From the NCBI GenBank assembly GCA_964463705.1, contig CAYXCH010000021.1:1162-65161 (forward strand): a DNA stretch of 64,000 bases. Reading direction: 5' to 3'. The stretch comes from an uncultured Pseudobdellovibrionaceae bacterium. GTDB taxonomy: Bacteria; Patescibacteriota; Minisyncoccia; Moranbacterales; GCA-2747515. Positions 28,421 to 39,087 of this stretch are shown one piece after another (the first letter of the stretch is position 1; each line of letters begins with the position of its first letter). The notes beneath the pieces were generated by a model. The model searched no databases. It worked only from the letters and a program-made list of their open reading frames with translations, and was not told the origin of the DNA. A program made the translations under genes and the position numbers.

Positions 28421-29311
28421 TTAATTTTCTTGTCCGGGTATTGTTCGCATCCTCCATGCAAGAACAACAATAATTCCAATGATTATCACCGGTACCCACC
28501 ACGCATGACAGAATCGTTCCACAATAAACCATAAAATTCCAAACAGGATCATGAGAACGCTGTATGATATGCCGTGTATCCGTCGTGTACTACGACGATA
28601 CGTATGAAGCGCGCCACCCAGTGCCAACACGGACAGTATCAACCATGTAAAAGAGGAAAAGAATGGACGACACTGCTGTACAATAGTGCCCGTATCTTGA
28701 ATGATTATATCTTCCCCCGTATGGGAATCATCGGTTTCCACTCCCAATACCTGAGGTTCCGCATTGCCCTGTGGGTGTTGTGTGGATCGGTACGGTGGTG
28801 ATGATTCTCGCTCCGCTTCACGAATGTATACATCAATATCAAAGCGCGTTCGCGCTCCTTGTGCCGCATTGGGCAAATCATCATCAATCCATGCGATGAT
28901 ATCGTATTGTCGTGTTTCTTGCGCGGAAAGACGAGTGATAAAATAATGCGTCGTTGCTGCTTCTCGCAATGGCACACGATCACCGCGTCCACCGAGTGCA
29001 TACCGACGTGTGGCGGAATCACGCACGCCCAAGTATACAGCCCGTGCCAATGTTTTTCCATGTAAGTTATCAATGCGCAAAAATACATCCACCGGTGTCG
29101 CGGTACGATTACGAATTGTTATCGGGCGTACAAATTTCTCTCCACCCGATAACGATGATTCTGAAAAAATGCGATGATGTTTTCCGCCATGCCACGACAC
29201 ATCAATACGATGCGGTTGTGCCGCCGCAGCAGAGTATGTACTAGCGACGATTGCGATCAACGCGGTGACGAAGGCGTTGCTGCACATGAGTAACAAGCGA
29301 GAGAACTTCAT
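28421..29311 (-). CDS. Hypothetical secreted protein with N-terminal signal peptide and C-terminal TM anchor
   Basis: MKFSRLLLMCSNAFVTALIAIVASTYSAAAA signal-like N-terminus. Hydrophobic C-terminal segments. Immediately downstream of the SipW gene. Confidence 0.4.
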   Translation of the reverse strand: MKFSRLLLMCSNAFVTALIAIVASTYSAAAAQPHRIDVSWHGGKHHRIFSESSLSGGEKFVRPITIRNRTATPVDVFLRIDNLHGKTLARAVYLGVRDSATRRYALGGRGDRVPLREAATTHYFITRLSAQETRQYDIIAWIDDDLPNAAQGARTRFDIDVYIREAERESSPPYRSTQHPQGNAEPQVLGVETDDSHTGEDIIIQDTGTIVQQCRPFFSSFTWLILSVLALGGALHTYRRSTRRIHGISYSVLMILFGILWFIVERFCHAWWVPVIIIGIIVVLAWRMRTIPGQEN

Positions 29312-29792
29312 GATAAATAATCAATGTAGCGGGAATAACAATTAACAACACAAATCCCTGAGGTGTTTGTGCATAAGATATAATCCTCCCAATCCATGGA
29401 AGGTGGAAGCGGACAGCGCCGAAAACCGAAGATGATGATATCCACCCGATATCATCAGTAGCATTGGCATCTCCTCGTGTTCGTAGGCGCTGTGTTCCAT
29501 CCGGCAATGTCTGCACGTCAACAACACGGTGTGTTACCGGATGTTGTGGGTTACCACTACTGCGCGTAACAATATCTCCAACAGTGTAGTGCGGTTGTGG
29601 TAATACAAATACCACGCTCCCGCGAGATAATGTCGGCGCCATAGAGTCCGACACAACCGTATAAATACGAAGTGGAGAAACCAACGGCAGAATAAACAGT
29701 ACGCCCAGTGCCGCAATAGCGACAACAGGGGCGTACCGAACTATCCATCGTACGGTTTTCCACGAAATAAAATTCCGTACATTCTGCATCAT
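29241..29792 (-). CDS. sipW: Signal peptidase I, SipW/archaeal type (S26B)
   Basis: N-terminal TM. Catalytic-serine motif VVSDSMAPTL. C-terminal TM, as in SipW-type peptidases. Confidence 0.75.
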   Translation of the reverse strand: MMQNVRNFISWKTVRWIVRYAPVVAIAALGVLFILPLVSPLRIYTVVSDSMAPTLSRGSVVFVLPQPHYTVGDIVTRSSGNPQHPVTHRVVDVQTLPDGTQRLRTRGDANATDDIGWISSSSVFGAVRFHLPWIGRIISYAQTPQGFVLLIVIPATLIIYHEVLSLVTHVQQRLRHRVDRNRR

Positions 29793-29813
29793 GATAACAC
29801 CAAGAATTGGAAG

Positions 29814-30437
29814 CTATTGTGCACTTGTTTGCGCCAACTCAAACGTTACCGCCAATGTTGCCGTATCTCCTTGTGCAACATTATCCTGTGCGCTTGATGT
29901 CCAAACAAAATCCGCTCCCACACACTGTGTGGATCCACTTGAAAGAGCGCGATTGATATCATAAGAAGCTGCAACATCTTTCATCGCACCGCTGTAAATC
30001 GTTGCTTCTCCACTCTGTTTGGAGCCATCACAGTCATCATCCATATACAGCGTCATCGTAACGCGAGCGGACAATTCCCCTTCTCCGTTTCCGGGTTTAC
30101 CACAACTGGTATCACCGGCAGCCGTCTCCGGCTCATTGCATCCATTTTCTTGAGAGGTTACCGCAATGTTCTCCATGTCAAGAAACCCATCAATGCTCCC
30201 CTCGTTTTTCAAAACATACGTTACGCTCTGCGTATCGCCGGGCGCCAAGTTCGTTATTGTAAACTTCGTGCTTGTCAGCGGATTTTCCGTATCTACGGAA
30301 AGATCCAGTGTTCCCGCCGTGAAATAATTCCCCTGAGATGTTTCCACATCACTAAAATATGCTACCGTTGCACCGGTCACAGCAACCGCTACCACCAGTA
30401 CGATCAGCAGACTTTTGAGCATTGCATTCATACGCAC
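29814..30437 (-). CDS. SipW-cognate class secreted protein (TasA/camelysin-like)
   Basis: Signal peptide followed by AYFSDVETSQGNYFTAGTLDLS, the hallmark N-terminal motif of SipW-cognate (TasA/CalY family) proteins. The gene lies directly upstream of sipW. Confidence 0.7.
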   Translation of the reverse strand: MRMNAMLKSLLIVLVVAVAVTGATVAYFSDVETSQGNYFTAGTLDLSVDTENPLTSTKFTITNLAPGDTQSVTYVLKNEGSIDGFLDMENIAVTSQENGCNEPETAAGDTSCGKPGNGEGELSARVTMTLYMDDDCDGSKQSGEATIYSGAMKDVAASYDINRALSSGSTQCVGADFVWTSSAQDNVAQGDTATLAVTFELAQTSAQ

Positions 30438-30495
30438 TGCATTAACGAATTATCATCGTACTTTATCACTACAAAAATATTTTGTCAAAACATTC

Positions 30496-31872
30496 TCATT
30501 TTTCAATCGCGGATGGCGGTGTTCCCTTTAACAACTCGTTGAGCCGGCGACGTACCGATTCCGGATCTACTGACGGCTCTTCTTGTTGAGATGTATCGGG
30601 AGTCGGCACATGTTCTTTTTCCGATGTTGATGCAGATGATGTTTTCTGCTTGGTATCATCAACAGTCGGCACCGGAAGATTTGATGGGGGTGATCCCGGT
30701 AACGCTGATGATGCACGAGATGGAGAGTCTTTTTTATGACGAGATGAAGTGGATAAACGTGTTGCCGTTTCCCGAACCAATCCATTTGCATCTCGCGCCG
30801 CATTCCGAAATGCTCGCCCCATTGCCGTCATAGCCGTTCGCGCCCGTTTAGTAAGATGTTTCGGTGCTGCGGCTACCGGAGTACGAGATCGTTGAGAAGA
30901 TGTATTATCACTGTTGTTGTCGGATGGCGTATGTTCTAATGCGGAGTCGGTGGAGACGGATGATGCATCATCTGATGCAAAAGTATCTGTTTGTGTAAAC
31001 GACGGGTGTGTTGCCGCAGTATCTACACGTGTTGCCGCAGTGTCTACACGTGTGGATGCTTCATCGTATTGTTGATGTAATGCATCGCTGATTACAGTGT
31101 CCAATTCCGCATATTGCGCAGATTCTCTTGTATTATTTAATGCAACACTCGGTGATGAGGAGTGATAAACGGAATGCATGTAACTATCTACCGTACCGTT
31201 TCCGGACGCAACAGCAGATCGCAAGTCAAGACGTGCGCGAGAAGCATGACGGTGTCCGTAAGGATGAAAGAGAATAAACGCAGCAAATACCGCTGCAAAG
31301 ATGCACGCCGTCAGTATTGCGGCCGATACAATACTTATCGCCGCCGCTAAGAGAAATGATTGTAAAATCGCACGGGAATCCGATGTTGCGGTTTCAACAA
31401 CATGAGCATTCACTACGGCTCCGTAGTGAATCTGAAGAAATTGTTCTATCGTTCGTATAAGAGCGTCCGCCGCCGGGTGTGCCGCTGATCCGTATACCGT
31501 AACGGTAATTACTCCCGCTTTTCGGATTACACGCGTTGATTTCATCCGAAGATCCCGAGTGGGATGGATGGAATCATAGGCCAATGCCGTCGCCCACGGA
31601 GTGCGAATCGCCTCCGTATCTGACAACAGAACAACAGATTCCGCCGCATCTCGTGCAATATCCGCCGCCCCTCCGTGCTTCGGAACGACAAGAACAGAAG
31701 CCCGTGCCGCATCGGTAACCATTACGGAGAATATTGATGTGTACAAAACACCGGCAAGAATTGCCGTACACATCACCGCCGCTCCCCATAATAGACTCTT
31801 CTTCAACATAGACTTAGAGATAAATCGTTGGCACAAACCGCGTTCGAGCTGCGTGCAACAGTCGCGCTCCAT
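30496..31872 (-). CDS. Hypothetical membrane protein with Ser/Thr/Asp-rich disordered C-terminal half
   Basis: Two TM segments. Low-complexity tail containing the tandem TRVDTAAT repeat (from the DNA 21-bp tandem repeat at 31009-31050). Confidence 0.4.
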   Translation of the reverse strand: MERDCCTQLERGLCQRFISKSMLKKSLLWGAAVMCTAILAGVLYTSIFSVMVTDAARASVLVVPKHGGAADIARDAAESVVLLSDTEAIRTPWATALAYDSIHPTRDLRMKSTRVIRKAGVITVTVYGSAAHPAADALIRTIEQFLQIHYGAVVNAHVVETATSDSRAILQSFLLAAAISIVSAAILTACIFAAVFAAFILFHPYGHRHASRARLDLRSAVASGNGTVDSYMHSVYHSSSPSVALNNTRESAQYAELDTVISDALHQQYDEASTRVDTAATRVDTAATHPSFTQTDTFASDDASSVSTDSALEHTPSDNNSDNTSSQRSRTPVAAAPKHLTKRARTAMTAMGRAFRNAARDANGLVRETATRLSTSSRHKKDSPSRASSALPGSPPSNLPVPTVDDTKQKTSSASTSEKEHVPTPDTSQQEEPSVDPESVRRRLNELLKGTPPSAIEK

Positions 31873-32812
31873 AGCGAGCTAACACGTTATTGAAACACGC
31901 TCGCGTTAAAATGTCAAAAGCGTAAAATGAAGTACCGACACTTACTGTCTGTAATGCACGAAATGACGAGCGCCAGAGAGATATGGATGTCTGTGGATGT
32001 AAAATGATCATTTGCGGTGTTAAGGTGGCACGATACAGTGTGACATAAGATGTCCTTTCCTCTCGTATGGGCAAATACAATACGTGGTTCTGCACAAAGG
32101 GTGATCCGGCACAACGCAGTGCGGGAAATGTTTGTTGCATTCGCGTCCATGGCCCGGAGATTTCTTTAGCGATAAATATACATAATTCCCTTGTCCGTGC
32201 GTCTGTTGCCGCAATATAGTAATGATCTCCGGATCGCATTAATGTTGGAGATAGTGCCGGAAAGTCTTCCGCCACCGTCACAATCGGTTCCCATGTATCG
32301 GGAAATCGCATGGCCCGATATATCACCAGCGCTCCGCATGCTTCTTCCTGCGGCGTCATATATGCCGTATCGTCCCGATCCACAAACACAAACGGATAGG
32401 TTCTGGATGTATGAGGTCCGTCAATATATAACGGATCACCGAACATAACTGTCGCATTATCGCCTCGTTGAATTGTCCGGCATGCTAATACAGCGGTATC
32501 TCGCGCATAGGTATACTCTGAGTAAAACACCGCCGTTACACCACCACATGTGGCAATATGAGGGTGTGCACGATATGCTCCACGTTGTCGCGGCATCCAC
32601 GCTACATGTGTTGGAATCCGATGACGCAATATCGCCGATGATGCTGCACGAGAAACAACAATCCCAATATGCCAATCCGGTGCGACGGACTCCATCATGG
32701 TTTTTAGAGACACACAAAGCCGCTCATACTTCCGTGTAAGATTACAACCCCTCCACAATCGTCCCGTAATACTGTACATAACCATATTTCTATGGACACC
32801 GTACAGTACCAC
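31814..32812 (-). CDS. Hypothetical protein
   Basis: Long ORF, no recognised motifs. Confidence 0.35.
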   Translation of the reverse strand: MVLYGVHRNMVMYSITGRLWRGCNLTRKYERLCVSLKTMMESVAPDWHIGIVVSRAASSAILRHRIPTHVAWMPRQRGAYRAHPHIATCGGVTAVFYSEYTYARDTAVLACRTIQRGDNATVMFGDPLYIDGPHTSRTYPFVFVDRDDTAYMTPQEEACGALVIYRAMRFPDTWEPIVTVAEDFPALSPTLMRSGDHYYIAATDARTRELCIFIAKEISGPWTRMQQTFPALRCAGSPFVQNHVLYLPIREERTSYVTLYRATLTPQMIILHPQTSISLWRSSFRALQTVSVGTSFYAFDILTRACFNNVLARYGARLLHAARTRFVPTIYL

Positions 32813-32827
32813 AAAATTTTAAAATGG

Positions 32828-34186
32828 TCAATGCTTTTGTCGTTGTGTTATCGCGCGAACCAACTCCTCACGTACGACATCGCGATCATCCCACTGAATG
32901 GTTCGTCCACCGATAATCATTGTTTGTTCCGCCCCTTTTCCGGTAATCAGGATAACGTCATGATCTCGCGCCAGTGCAATTGCCGCCGCAATCGCCGTTC
33001 GTCGGTCGTCAATCACAAACAAATCCCGTCCCACCACTTTTCCGCCTTGCTCTGCCGCATCAGCGATATCACGTTCAATCTCATAGGGGTTATCATCATA
33101 GGGATCCACCGTTGTTACAATCGCGATATCGGCATCTCGCGCCACAATAGTGCCCATTGCGGCACGCTTTGCCGTATCACGCCCACCTCCTTCGGCGCCC
33201 AACAACACAATAACGCGCCCATTAGCTCCCGCACGCTCTCGCGCCGCCGCAATCGCCACCGTCATACTGCGCTTCTCGTGAGCATAATCAACATAGACGG
33301 TAAACGCGCCGACGGTATGTTCAATTCTTTCCATTCTTCCCGGAATTGTTTGCACTGACTGCAATGACTTCGCAATAGAGGGTATCGTTTGTCCATATAC
33401 GTGCGCCACTGCAATAGCGCCGAGCGCATTGAGCACATTGAACACTCCGGGGGTTTGCAGTGCAATTGTTGTCCCCGCACAAGTAAAGGATACCGTTCCA
33501 TCATCCTTGGTTTGTATTTCTTCGGCACGAACAGAGGCGTTTTCGCTATGTATGCCATACCACACGATATGATCTACATCCCGAACATAATGGTGAGCAT
33601 GTTCATCATCAGCATTGAGAATAATGGCTCGTGGAACGATTTGTCCGTGAATACGCTTCACTCTCCGATGCGCCACCGCATCAAATAACCGCGCTTTTGC
33701 ATCCCGATATCGTTCAAAACTTCCTCCATGTGACGGAAGATGTTCGGGAGAAAGATTGGTAAATATCGCCGCATCATACCAAATTCCCTTGTGGCGATAT
33801 TGTTTCAGTCCCTCGGATGTCGTTTCCACTACACAATACGTACACCCCTCTGCACGCATTTGCGCCATTGTTCGTTGGATTACCCACGGAGACGGCATCG
33901 TCATATGATAAGTATTTAAAATCTGTCGGTGACCAATACGAATCACCGCGGTGGAAATCACTCCCACGGATGTTGTATCGTTGGATAATGCCGCATGCGT
34001 AAAAATCGCCGTTGATGTTTTCCCTTTTGTTCCGGTAATCCCGATAACAATCAAATGCCGTGATGGGAACCGATAGTACGCCGCCGCACACCATGCCATT
34101 ACATAATGGTATGCCAGCAACACCCATTCCGGAAGCCACGATCGCACAATAGCTTTTACACGCCGAATACTCATGCTCCGCAACAC
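32828..34186 (-). CDS. Mur ligase family protein (MurE-like)
   Basis: P-loop [12 protein letters not shown] (Mur ligase ATP-binding motif). 452 aa. Near secA and the cell-wall genes. Confidence 0.6.
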   Translation of the reverse strand: MLRSMSIRRVKAIVRSWLPEWVLLAYHYVMAWCAAAYYRFPSRHLIVIGITGTKGKTSTAIFTHAALSNDTTSVGVISTAVIRIGHRQILNTYHMTMPSPWVIQRTMAQMRAEGCTYCVVETTSEGLKQYRHKGIWYDAAIFTNLSPEHLPSHGGSFERYRDAKARLFDAVAHRRVKRIHGQIVPRAIILNADDEHAHHYVRDVDHIVWYGIHSENASVRAEEIQTKDDGTVSFTCAGTTIALQTPGVFNVLNALGAIAVAHVYGQTIPSIAKSLQSVQTIPGRMERIEHTVGAFTVYVDYAHEKRSMTVAIAAARERAGANGRVIVLLGAEGGGRDTAKRAAMGTIVARDADIAIVTTVDPYDDNPYEIERDIADAAEQGGKVVGRDLFVIDDRRTAIAAAIALARDHDVILITGKGAEQTMIIGGRTIQWDDRDVVREELVRAITQRQKH

Positions 34187-36777
34187 TTTTTATACTTTTT
34201 GCCCGATCCGCACGGACACGGGGCATTTCGTCCAACGGTGGCGCTGCGTCGTGCCGGACGGGAAGAATTATCTGCCGACTCCTCCCCGCTCCCGTGAAAT
34301 TCCGCTTGAGCCAATCGTTGTGTCAATGATGTATCCTGTGTGGTTGATGACGGTACAATTTGCAACCGCAAAAGTGTTTCCGTTACATTCTCTTGAATCG
34401 CTTCCCGCATAGAACGGAACATCTCAAACGCCTCTCGCTTATATTCCACCAACGGATCACGTTGTCCGTATCCGCGCAGACCGATTCCCTGACGAAGATA
34501 ATCCAGTCCGTCCAAATGCCGCATCCAACTCCGATCAATTGTATGAAGCAATACCGCGCGAACCGCCTCCGTTGCCGCGTCCTCATCTTGCGCCATCACC
34601 GCATCCACCGCCGAGATTAATCCCGTAGCGATACGAGTGCGCACGTCTTGACGGATATCCTCTTCCGTTTTTGACTCATCCGAAAGTAACGCCCGAATTG
34701 CCTCTCGATCCTCGGCAGACACACCCTTCGTTTCCAATGCCGCCACCAGTCCCTCGCTATCCCATTGAAACTGTTCTCCATGCGTATGCACCGCCACAAG
34801 AGAATCTACATAGGAACGCACCATCTCATGTGCCAATTCCTTTACCGTTTCCGCGTCGGCAAAAAGAATAGCGCGCCGCTTCTGATAAATTGCCTCGCGC
34901 TGCTTATTGACAACATCATCATACTCCAATACATGCTTCCGCAGATCAAAATTGAATCCTTCAATTTTGTTCTGTGCCGTTTCAATTGCACGAGAAATCA
35001 TTCGGTTGGTAATCGGCTCGGTATCGCTCAGTCCCAATGTGTCCATCATCGTCTTCAACTTGTCACCACCAAATCGTCGCATTAATTCATCTTGAAGCGA
35101 TACGTAAAACTGACTTGCGCCGGGATCGCCTTGTCGGCCGGCACGTCCTCGCAACTGATTATCAATACGCCGCGCTTCATGACGCTCCGTTCCGATAATC
35201 ATCAACCCACCGAGATCCGCAACACCCTCGCCAAGTTTAATATCCGTTCCTCGTCCCGCCATGTTTGTCGCAATGGTTACGGCACCTCGCTGGCCGGCAC
35301 GAGCGATAATCGCCGCCTCTCGCTCATGATTTTTCGCATTTAACACTTCATGAGAGATACCGCGCTGTGTCAGCAATGCACTCATCGCTTCAGACTTTTC
35401 AATCGCCACCGTTCCCACCAATACCGGCTGGCCCGTCTTATTCAGTGCCTCCACCGCATCAGCAACAGCGGCAAATTTCGCTTCCTCTGTCTTATAAATC
35501 ACATCGGGACGATCGTCGCGAATCATTGTCCGATGCGTGGGAATCGGTACCACCGACAGAGAGTACACTTTCATAAACTCTTCCGCGCTGGTCATCGCGG
35601 TACCGGTCATACCGGCAATTTTTTCATACAATCGAAAATAATTCTGAAATGTAATCGTTGCCAACGTTTTTGATTCCTTTTGCACGGGCACCCCTTCCTT
35701 TGCTTCAATCGCCTGATGCAATCCGTCACTGTACCGACGCCCCTCCATGATGCGTCCGGTAAAGTCATCCACGATTAACACCTGCTGATCTCGTACAACA
35801 TAATCACGATCTCGTTGGAAAATTACTTGTGCTTTAATCGCCTGTTCCAAGTGATGAACATAATGCACTTTGTCCGGCTCGTAGATGTTTCCCACGCCCA
35901 ACGCCGCTTCCACCGTATCCACGCCCGCATCGGTAAGCGTTACCGCCTTGAGTTTTTCATCAACCGTAAAATGCGTCCCGGGTATCAACTGCCGCGCAAT
36001 CTGCGCAAACCGCTCATATAATTTCGTACTCTCCGTATCCGGCGCACTGATAATCAACGGTGTTCGCGCCTCATCAATCAAAATGGAGTCCACTTCGTCC
36101 ACAATGGCATAATGCAATGGGCGTTGAACCATATCTTCGGTACGCTGCGCCATATTATCACGCAAATAATCAAACCCGAACTCATTGTTTGTTCCGTACG
36201 TAATATCCGCGGCATAGGCCTCCGCTCGCGGCACTTCTTCCAAATTCTTCTCCTCAATACTTACCTCGTCGGTATCCACCACTACGGGAGTGTACCGATA
36301 TGCCGTTGCATGGACAATACATGACGTACTCATTCCCAATGCCGAAAATACCGCGCCCATCCAGTTGGCATCACGACGCGCCAAATAATCATTAACGGTA
36401 ACAACATGCACACCCTTTCCGGTAAGAGCATTCAAATAGATCGGAAGCGTACTGGTTAATGTTTTTCCCTCTCCGGTTTTCATCTCGGCGATCTTACCTT
36501 CATGCAGTACGATGCCACCCATGATTTGCTCATCGTAGTGACGCTGTCCCAACGTTCGGCGCGCCGCCTCTCGTACCGCCGCAAACGCCTCCGGAAGAAG
36601 ATCATCCAATGACTCTCCCGCCGCCAAACGCTCTCGGAACGCTGCCGTTTGTTCCCGCAGCGCATCATCCGATAAGCGTTTCATCGCCGCCTCATGCGTT
36701 CCCACCTGCTCCGCTCTTGTCCGCAGGCGCGCAACTTCCCGTTGTGTTCCATCAAACAATTGTCCAAAAAATCCCAT
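34171..36777 (-). CDS. secA: Preprotein translocase ATPase SecA
   Basis: DEAD-like motor domains ([14 protein letters not shown]; [18 protein letters not shown]). C-terminal zinc-binding tail [14 protein letters not shown]. Confidence 0.95.
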   Translation of the reverse strand: MGFFGQLFDGTQREVARLRTRAEQVGTHEAAMKRLSDDALREQTAAFRERLAAGESLDDLLPEAFAAVREAARRTLGQRHYDEQIMGGIVLHEGKIAEMKTGEGKTLTSTLPIYLNALTGKGVHVVTVNDYLARRDANWMGAVFSALGMSTSCIVHATAYRYTPVVVDTDEVSIEEKNLEEVPRAEAYAADITYGTNNEFGFDYLRDNMAQRTEDMVQRPLHYAIVDEVDSILIDEARTPLIISAPDTESTKLYERFAQIARQLIPGTHFTVDEKLKAVTLTDAGVDTVEAALGVGNIYEPDKVHYVHHLEQAIKAQVIFQRDRDYVVRDQQVLIVDDFTGRIMEGRRYSDGLHQAIEAKEGVPVQKESKTLATITFQNYFRLYEKIAGMTGTAMTSAEEFMKVYSLSVVPIPTHRTMIRDDRPDVIYKTEEAKFAAVADAVEALNKTGQPVLVGTVAIEKSEAMSALLTQRGISHEVLNAKNHEREAAIIARAGQRGAVTIATNMAGRGTDIKLGEGVADLGGLMIIGTERHEARRIDNQLRGRAGRQGDPGASQFYVSLQDELMRRFGGDKLKTMMDTLGLSDTEPITNRMISRAIETAQNKIEGFNFDLRKHVLEYDDVVNKQREAIYQKRRAILFADAETVKELAHEMVRSYVDSLVAVHTHGEQFQWDSEGLVAALETKGVSAEDREAIRALLSDESKTEEDIRQDVRTRIATGLISAVDAVMAQDEDAATEAVRAVLLHTIDRSWMRHLDGLDYLRQGIGLRGYGQRDPLVEYKREAFEMFRSMREAIQENVTETLLRLQIVPSSTTQDTSLTQRLAQAEFHGSGEESADNSSRPARRSATVGRNAPCPCGSGKKYKKCCGA

Positions 36778-36855
36778 AGGTTTGTCTCAAAAGAAATCTC
36801 GCTTCACAGTATACCACAGTTGAAGTGATGTTCGTTTCGCGGTACACTGCAAACT

Positions 36856-38421
36856 ATGGTAGACGGTATCCGAAAACACAGACATGTTACTCCTTCCGCC
36901 CCGCGTCCACCGCGATATTCCGTTTTTGTGCGCACGCTGGCGGCGCTGGCATCCACTCTGGCAGTATTTGTTATCGGGAGTGCATTATTTGTCGGCGTCA
37001 AGGCCTATACCGCTCAACGTGCCATGACCCTTTCCCTGTCAGACACATCACCCGTCACTACACCGGAACCCGTCACAAAGTCACCGGATACTCCACATAC
37101 ACAAACACCGTCGGACACGGTGGAAAATTTTCGTGCACCGGAGAATTCGGAATTGCGAGGTGACCGCGCCCCCATCGCCCACCGTCCCGATACAACCGAT
37201 GACATCTTCTCTCTCCGAGGTGCGCAACGCGGTATTATTACCATATTGTTATTGGGGGCGGATACGCGAAAAGATGGCCGTTCTCAACGCACGGACACCA
37301 TTATGTTGGCGCAAATACACACCGTTCGCGGAAAAATTGCACTCCTGTCCTTACCGCGTGATCTGTACGTCCGATACCGAACAAACGATGGGGTACTGCG
37401 ACAATCCAAGATTAATGCACTCTATGATGCCGGATTGCGTGATGCGGTGGGTGCCACCTATATTGTTCGTACCGTAGAGCATATTACCGGTGCGGAAATT
37501 GATTATGTTCTCGCGGCGGACTTTGACGCCTTTATTTCCGTCGTCGATGCGCTGGGTGGAATTAACGTTACCGTAGAGCGTCCCATTCATGACACTCGCT
37601 ATCCTACACCGGATTATGGCTATGAAACATTCACCCTTCCCGCCGGACTACATCATATGGATGGTGCCACCGCCCTCAAATATGTTCGCAGTCGTCACGG
37701 TGACCCGGAGGGTGATTTTGGGCGAGCAAAGCGCCAGCAAGCGGTACTGCGCGCCATTAAAAACAAGGCATTTTCTTTGGGAACGCTAACCAACGCTCGT
37801 ACACTCGGCGCACTGCTGGATGCTCTCGGCGCTCATGTTAAAACTACGCTCTCTATTCGGGAAATGCTGCTATTGGCACAATTATTGCAACGTAGTGACA
37901 CCCAAAACATCATCACTCATGTTGTGGATGCATGGCGGACGGACAGTCTGTTACGGGCAGTGCATATCGGAAACGCGTTCGCATTGATACCGCGTAGTGG
38001 ACGGGATAATTATACGGAAATTCGCGCATTAACCGCAATGCTGTTTGATCTTCCCTCACGACAACGTGTTCATGAAGCTGTTCGTCGGGAGCAACCACGT
38101 ATTAGCATCTATCATACACGTGGACAACAAGATACGGCAACAAGAGTACGTACAATCATTCAAGAGGCGTTAGGTGTGCCGGAATCGGCAATTTCTCTGC
38201 GTCGCGTTTCACAACAGCCGTCCGTTCATGCGCAAATCACCGTCTATGACGATTCCCGATTTCCGTTTAGTATTACGGCGTTGCGACGAGCATTGGGTGC
38301 GGAACATACTGTCACGTCCACGCCGCGCGATACGGATATTATCGTCCATCTCGGTGAAACGGCGGAAGAGTTTTTCCGCCCCAACACTATTAGTCAAGAT
38401 GTATTTAATAACGCCTTATGA
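36856..38421 (+). CDS. LytR-CpsA-Psr (LCP) family cell-envelope phosphotransferase
   Basis: N-terminal TM, then ILLLGADTRKDGRSQRTDTIMLAQIH...LLSLPRDLYV LCP core motifs. Confidence 0.85.
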   Translation: MVDGIRKHRHVTPSAPRPPRYSVFVRTLAALASTLAVFVIGSALFVGVKAYTAQRAMTLSLSDTSPVTTPEPVTKSPDTPHTQTPSDTVENFRAPENSELRGDRAPIAHRPDTTDDIFSLRGAQRGIITILLLGADTRKDGRSQRTDTIMLAQIHTVRGKIALLSLPRDLYVRYRTNDGVLRQSKINALYDAGLRDAVGATYIVRTVEHITGAEIDYVLAADFDAFISVVDALGGINVTVERPIHDTRYPTPDYGYETFTLPAGLHHMDGATALKYVRSRHGDPEGDFGRAKRQQAVLRAIKNKAFSLGTLTNARTLGALLDALGAHVKTTLSIREMLLLAQLLQRSDTQNIITHVVDAWRTDSLLRAVHIGNAFALIPRSGRDNYTEIRALTAMLFDLPSRQRVHEAVRREQPRISIYHTRGQQDTATRVRTIIQEALGVPESAISLRRVSQQPSVHAQITVYDDSRFPFSITALRRALGAEHTVTSTPRDTDIIVHLGETAEEFFRPNTISQDVFNNAL

Positions 38422-38978
38422 GCACGATCCCCTATCTTATTGTCGGACTGGGAAATCCAACGGCACGATATGCCGATACACGACACAACGCCGGTATTCA
38501 CTATGTCACGACACTGGTCCCCGACACCGAACGCTGGCGTGCTTTACCCCGATGCGGCGCCGAAATCATTATGGGAACATTATGTGGGCACCGAACCGTG
38601 TTCGCTCGCAGCACACGATATATGAATGAAAGCGGACAAACGGTTGCCGCACTGTGCAAATATTATGATATTCCCCTATCCCGTCTTATTGTCGCACACG
38701 ATGAAAGTGATTTATACTGCGGAACATTTGTCATCCAGTATCATCGCGGGCACGGTGGTCATAACGGAGTCCGAGATGTTACCCGTGTACTCGGCAGCAG
38801 TGCTTACCACCGTGTACGAATCGGCGTAAGACCGCAGACACCGCCCGATGCCCCGCGCCCAAAGGCTTCCGCCTTTGTTCTTCGTCCATTTTCCGCGACG
38901 GAACGAGCACAGTGTCAAGAACAGTACCCAATCATTACGAAAACACTCTGTGAACACCTGCAATCACATCCAACGTAA
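38418..38978 (+). CDS. pth: Peptidyl-tRNA hydrolase
   Basis: LIVGLGNPTARYADTRHNAG N-terminal signature. 4-nt overlap with the preceding gene. Confidence 0.9.
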   Translation: MSTIPYLIVGLGNPTARYADTRHNAGIHYVTTLVPDTERWRALPRCGAEIIMGTLCGHRTVFARSTRYMNESGQTVAALCKYYDIPLSRLIVAHDESDLYCGTFVIQYHRGHGGHNGVRDVTRVLGSSAYHRVRIGVRPQTPPDAPRPKASAFVLRPFSATERAQCQEQYPIITKTLCEHLQSHPT

Positions 38979-39087
38979 AAAGCCGCCCTCGTGATCCGGT
39001 ATCACCGTCCGACACATGCAAGGAGGGGAACATGTGCGTTCAGTGGAACCGGAACACAAACGCGGCTTTCATTCGTTGTGACGACAA

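Noticed and set aside
36778-36855. Possible replication origin at the secA(-)/LCP(+) strand switch
   Set aside because: No DnaA-box clusters (TTATCCACA-like) were seen and no dnaA/dnaN are nearby. The plus-strand block is only 5.7 kb before the orientation returns to minus.
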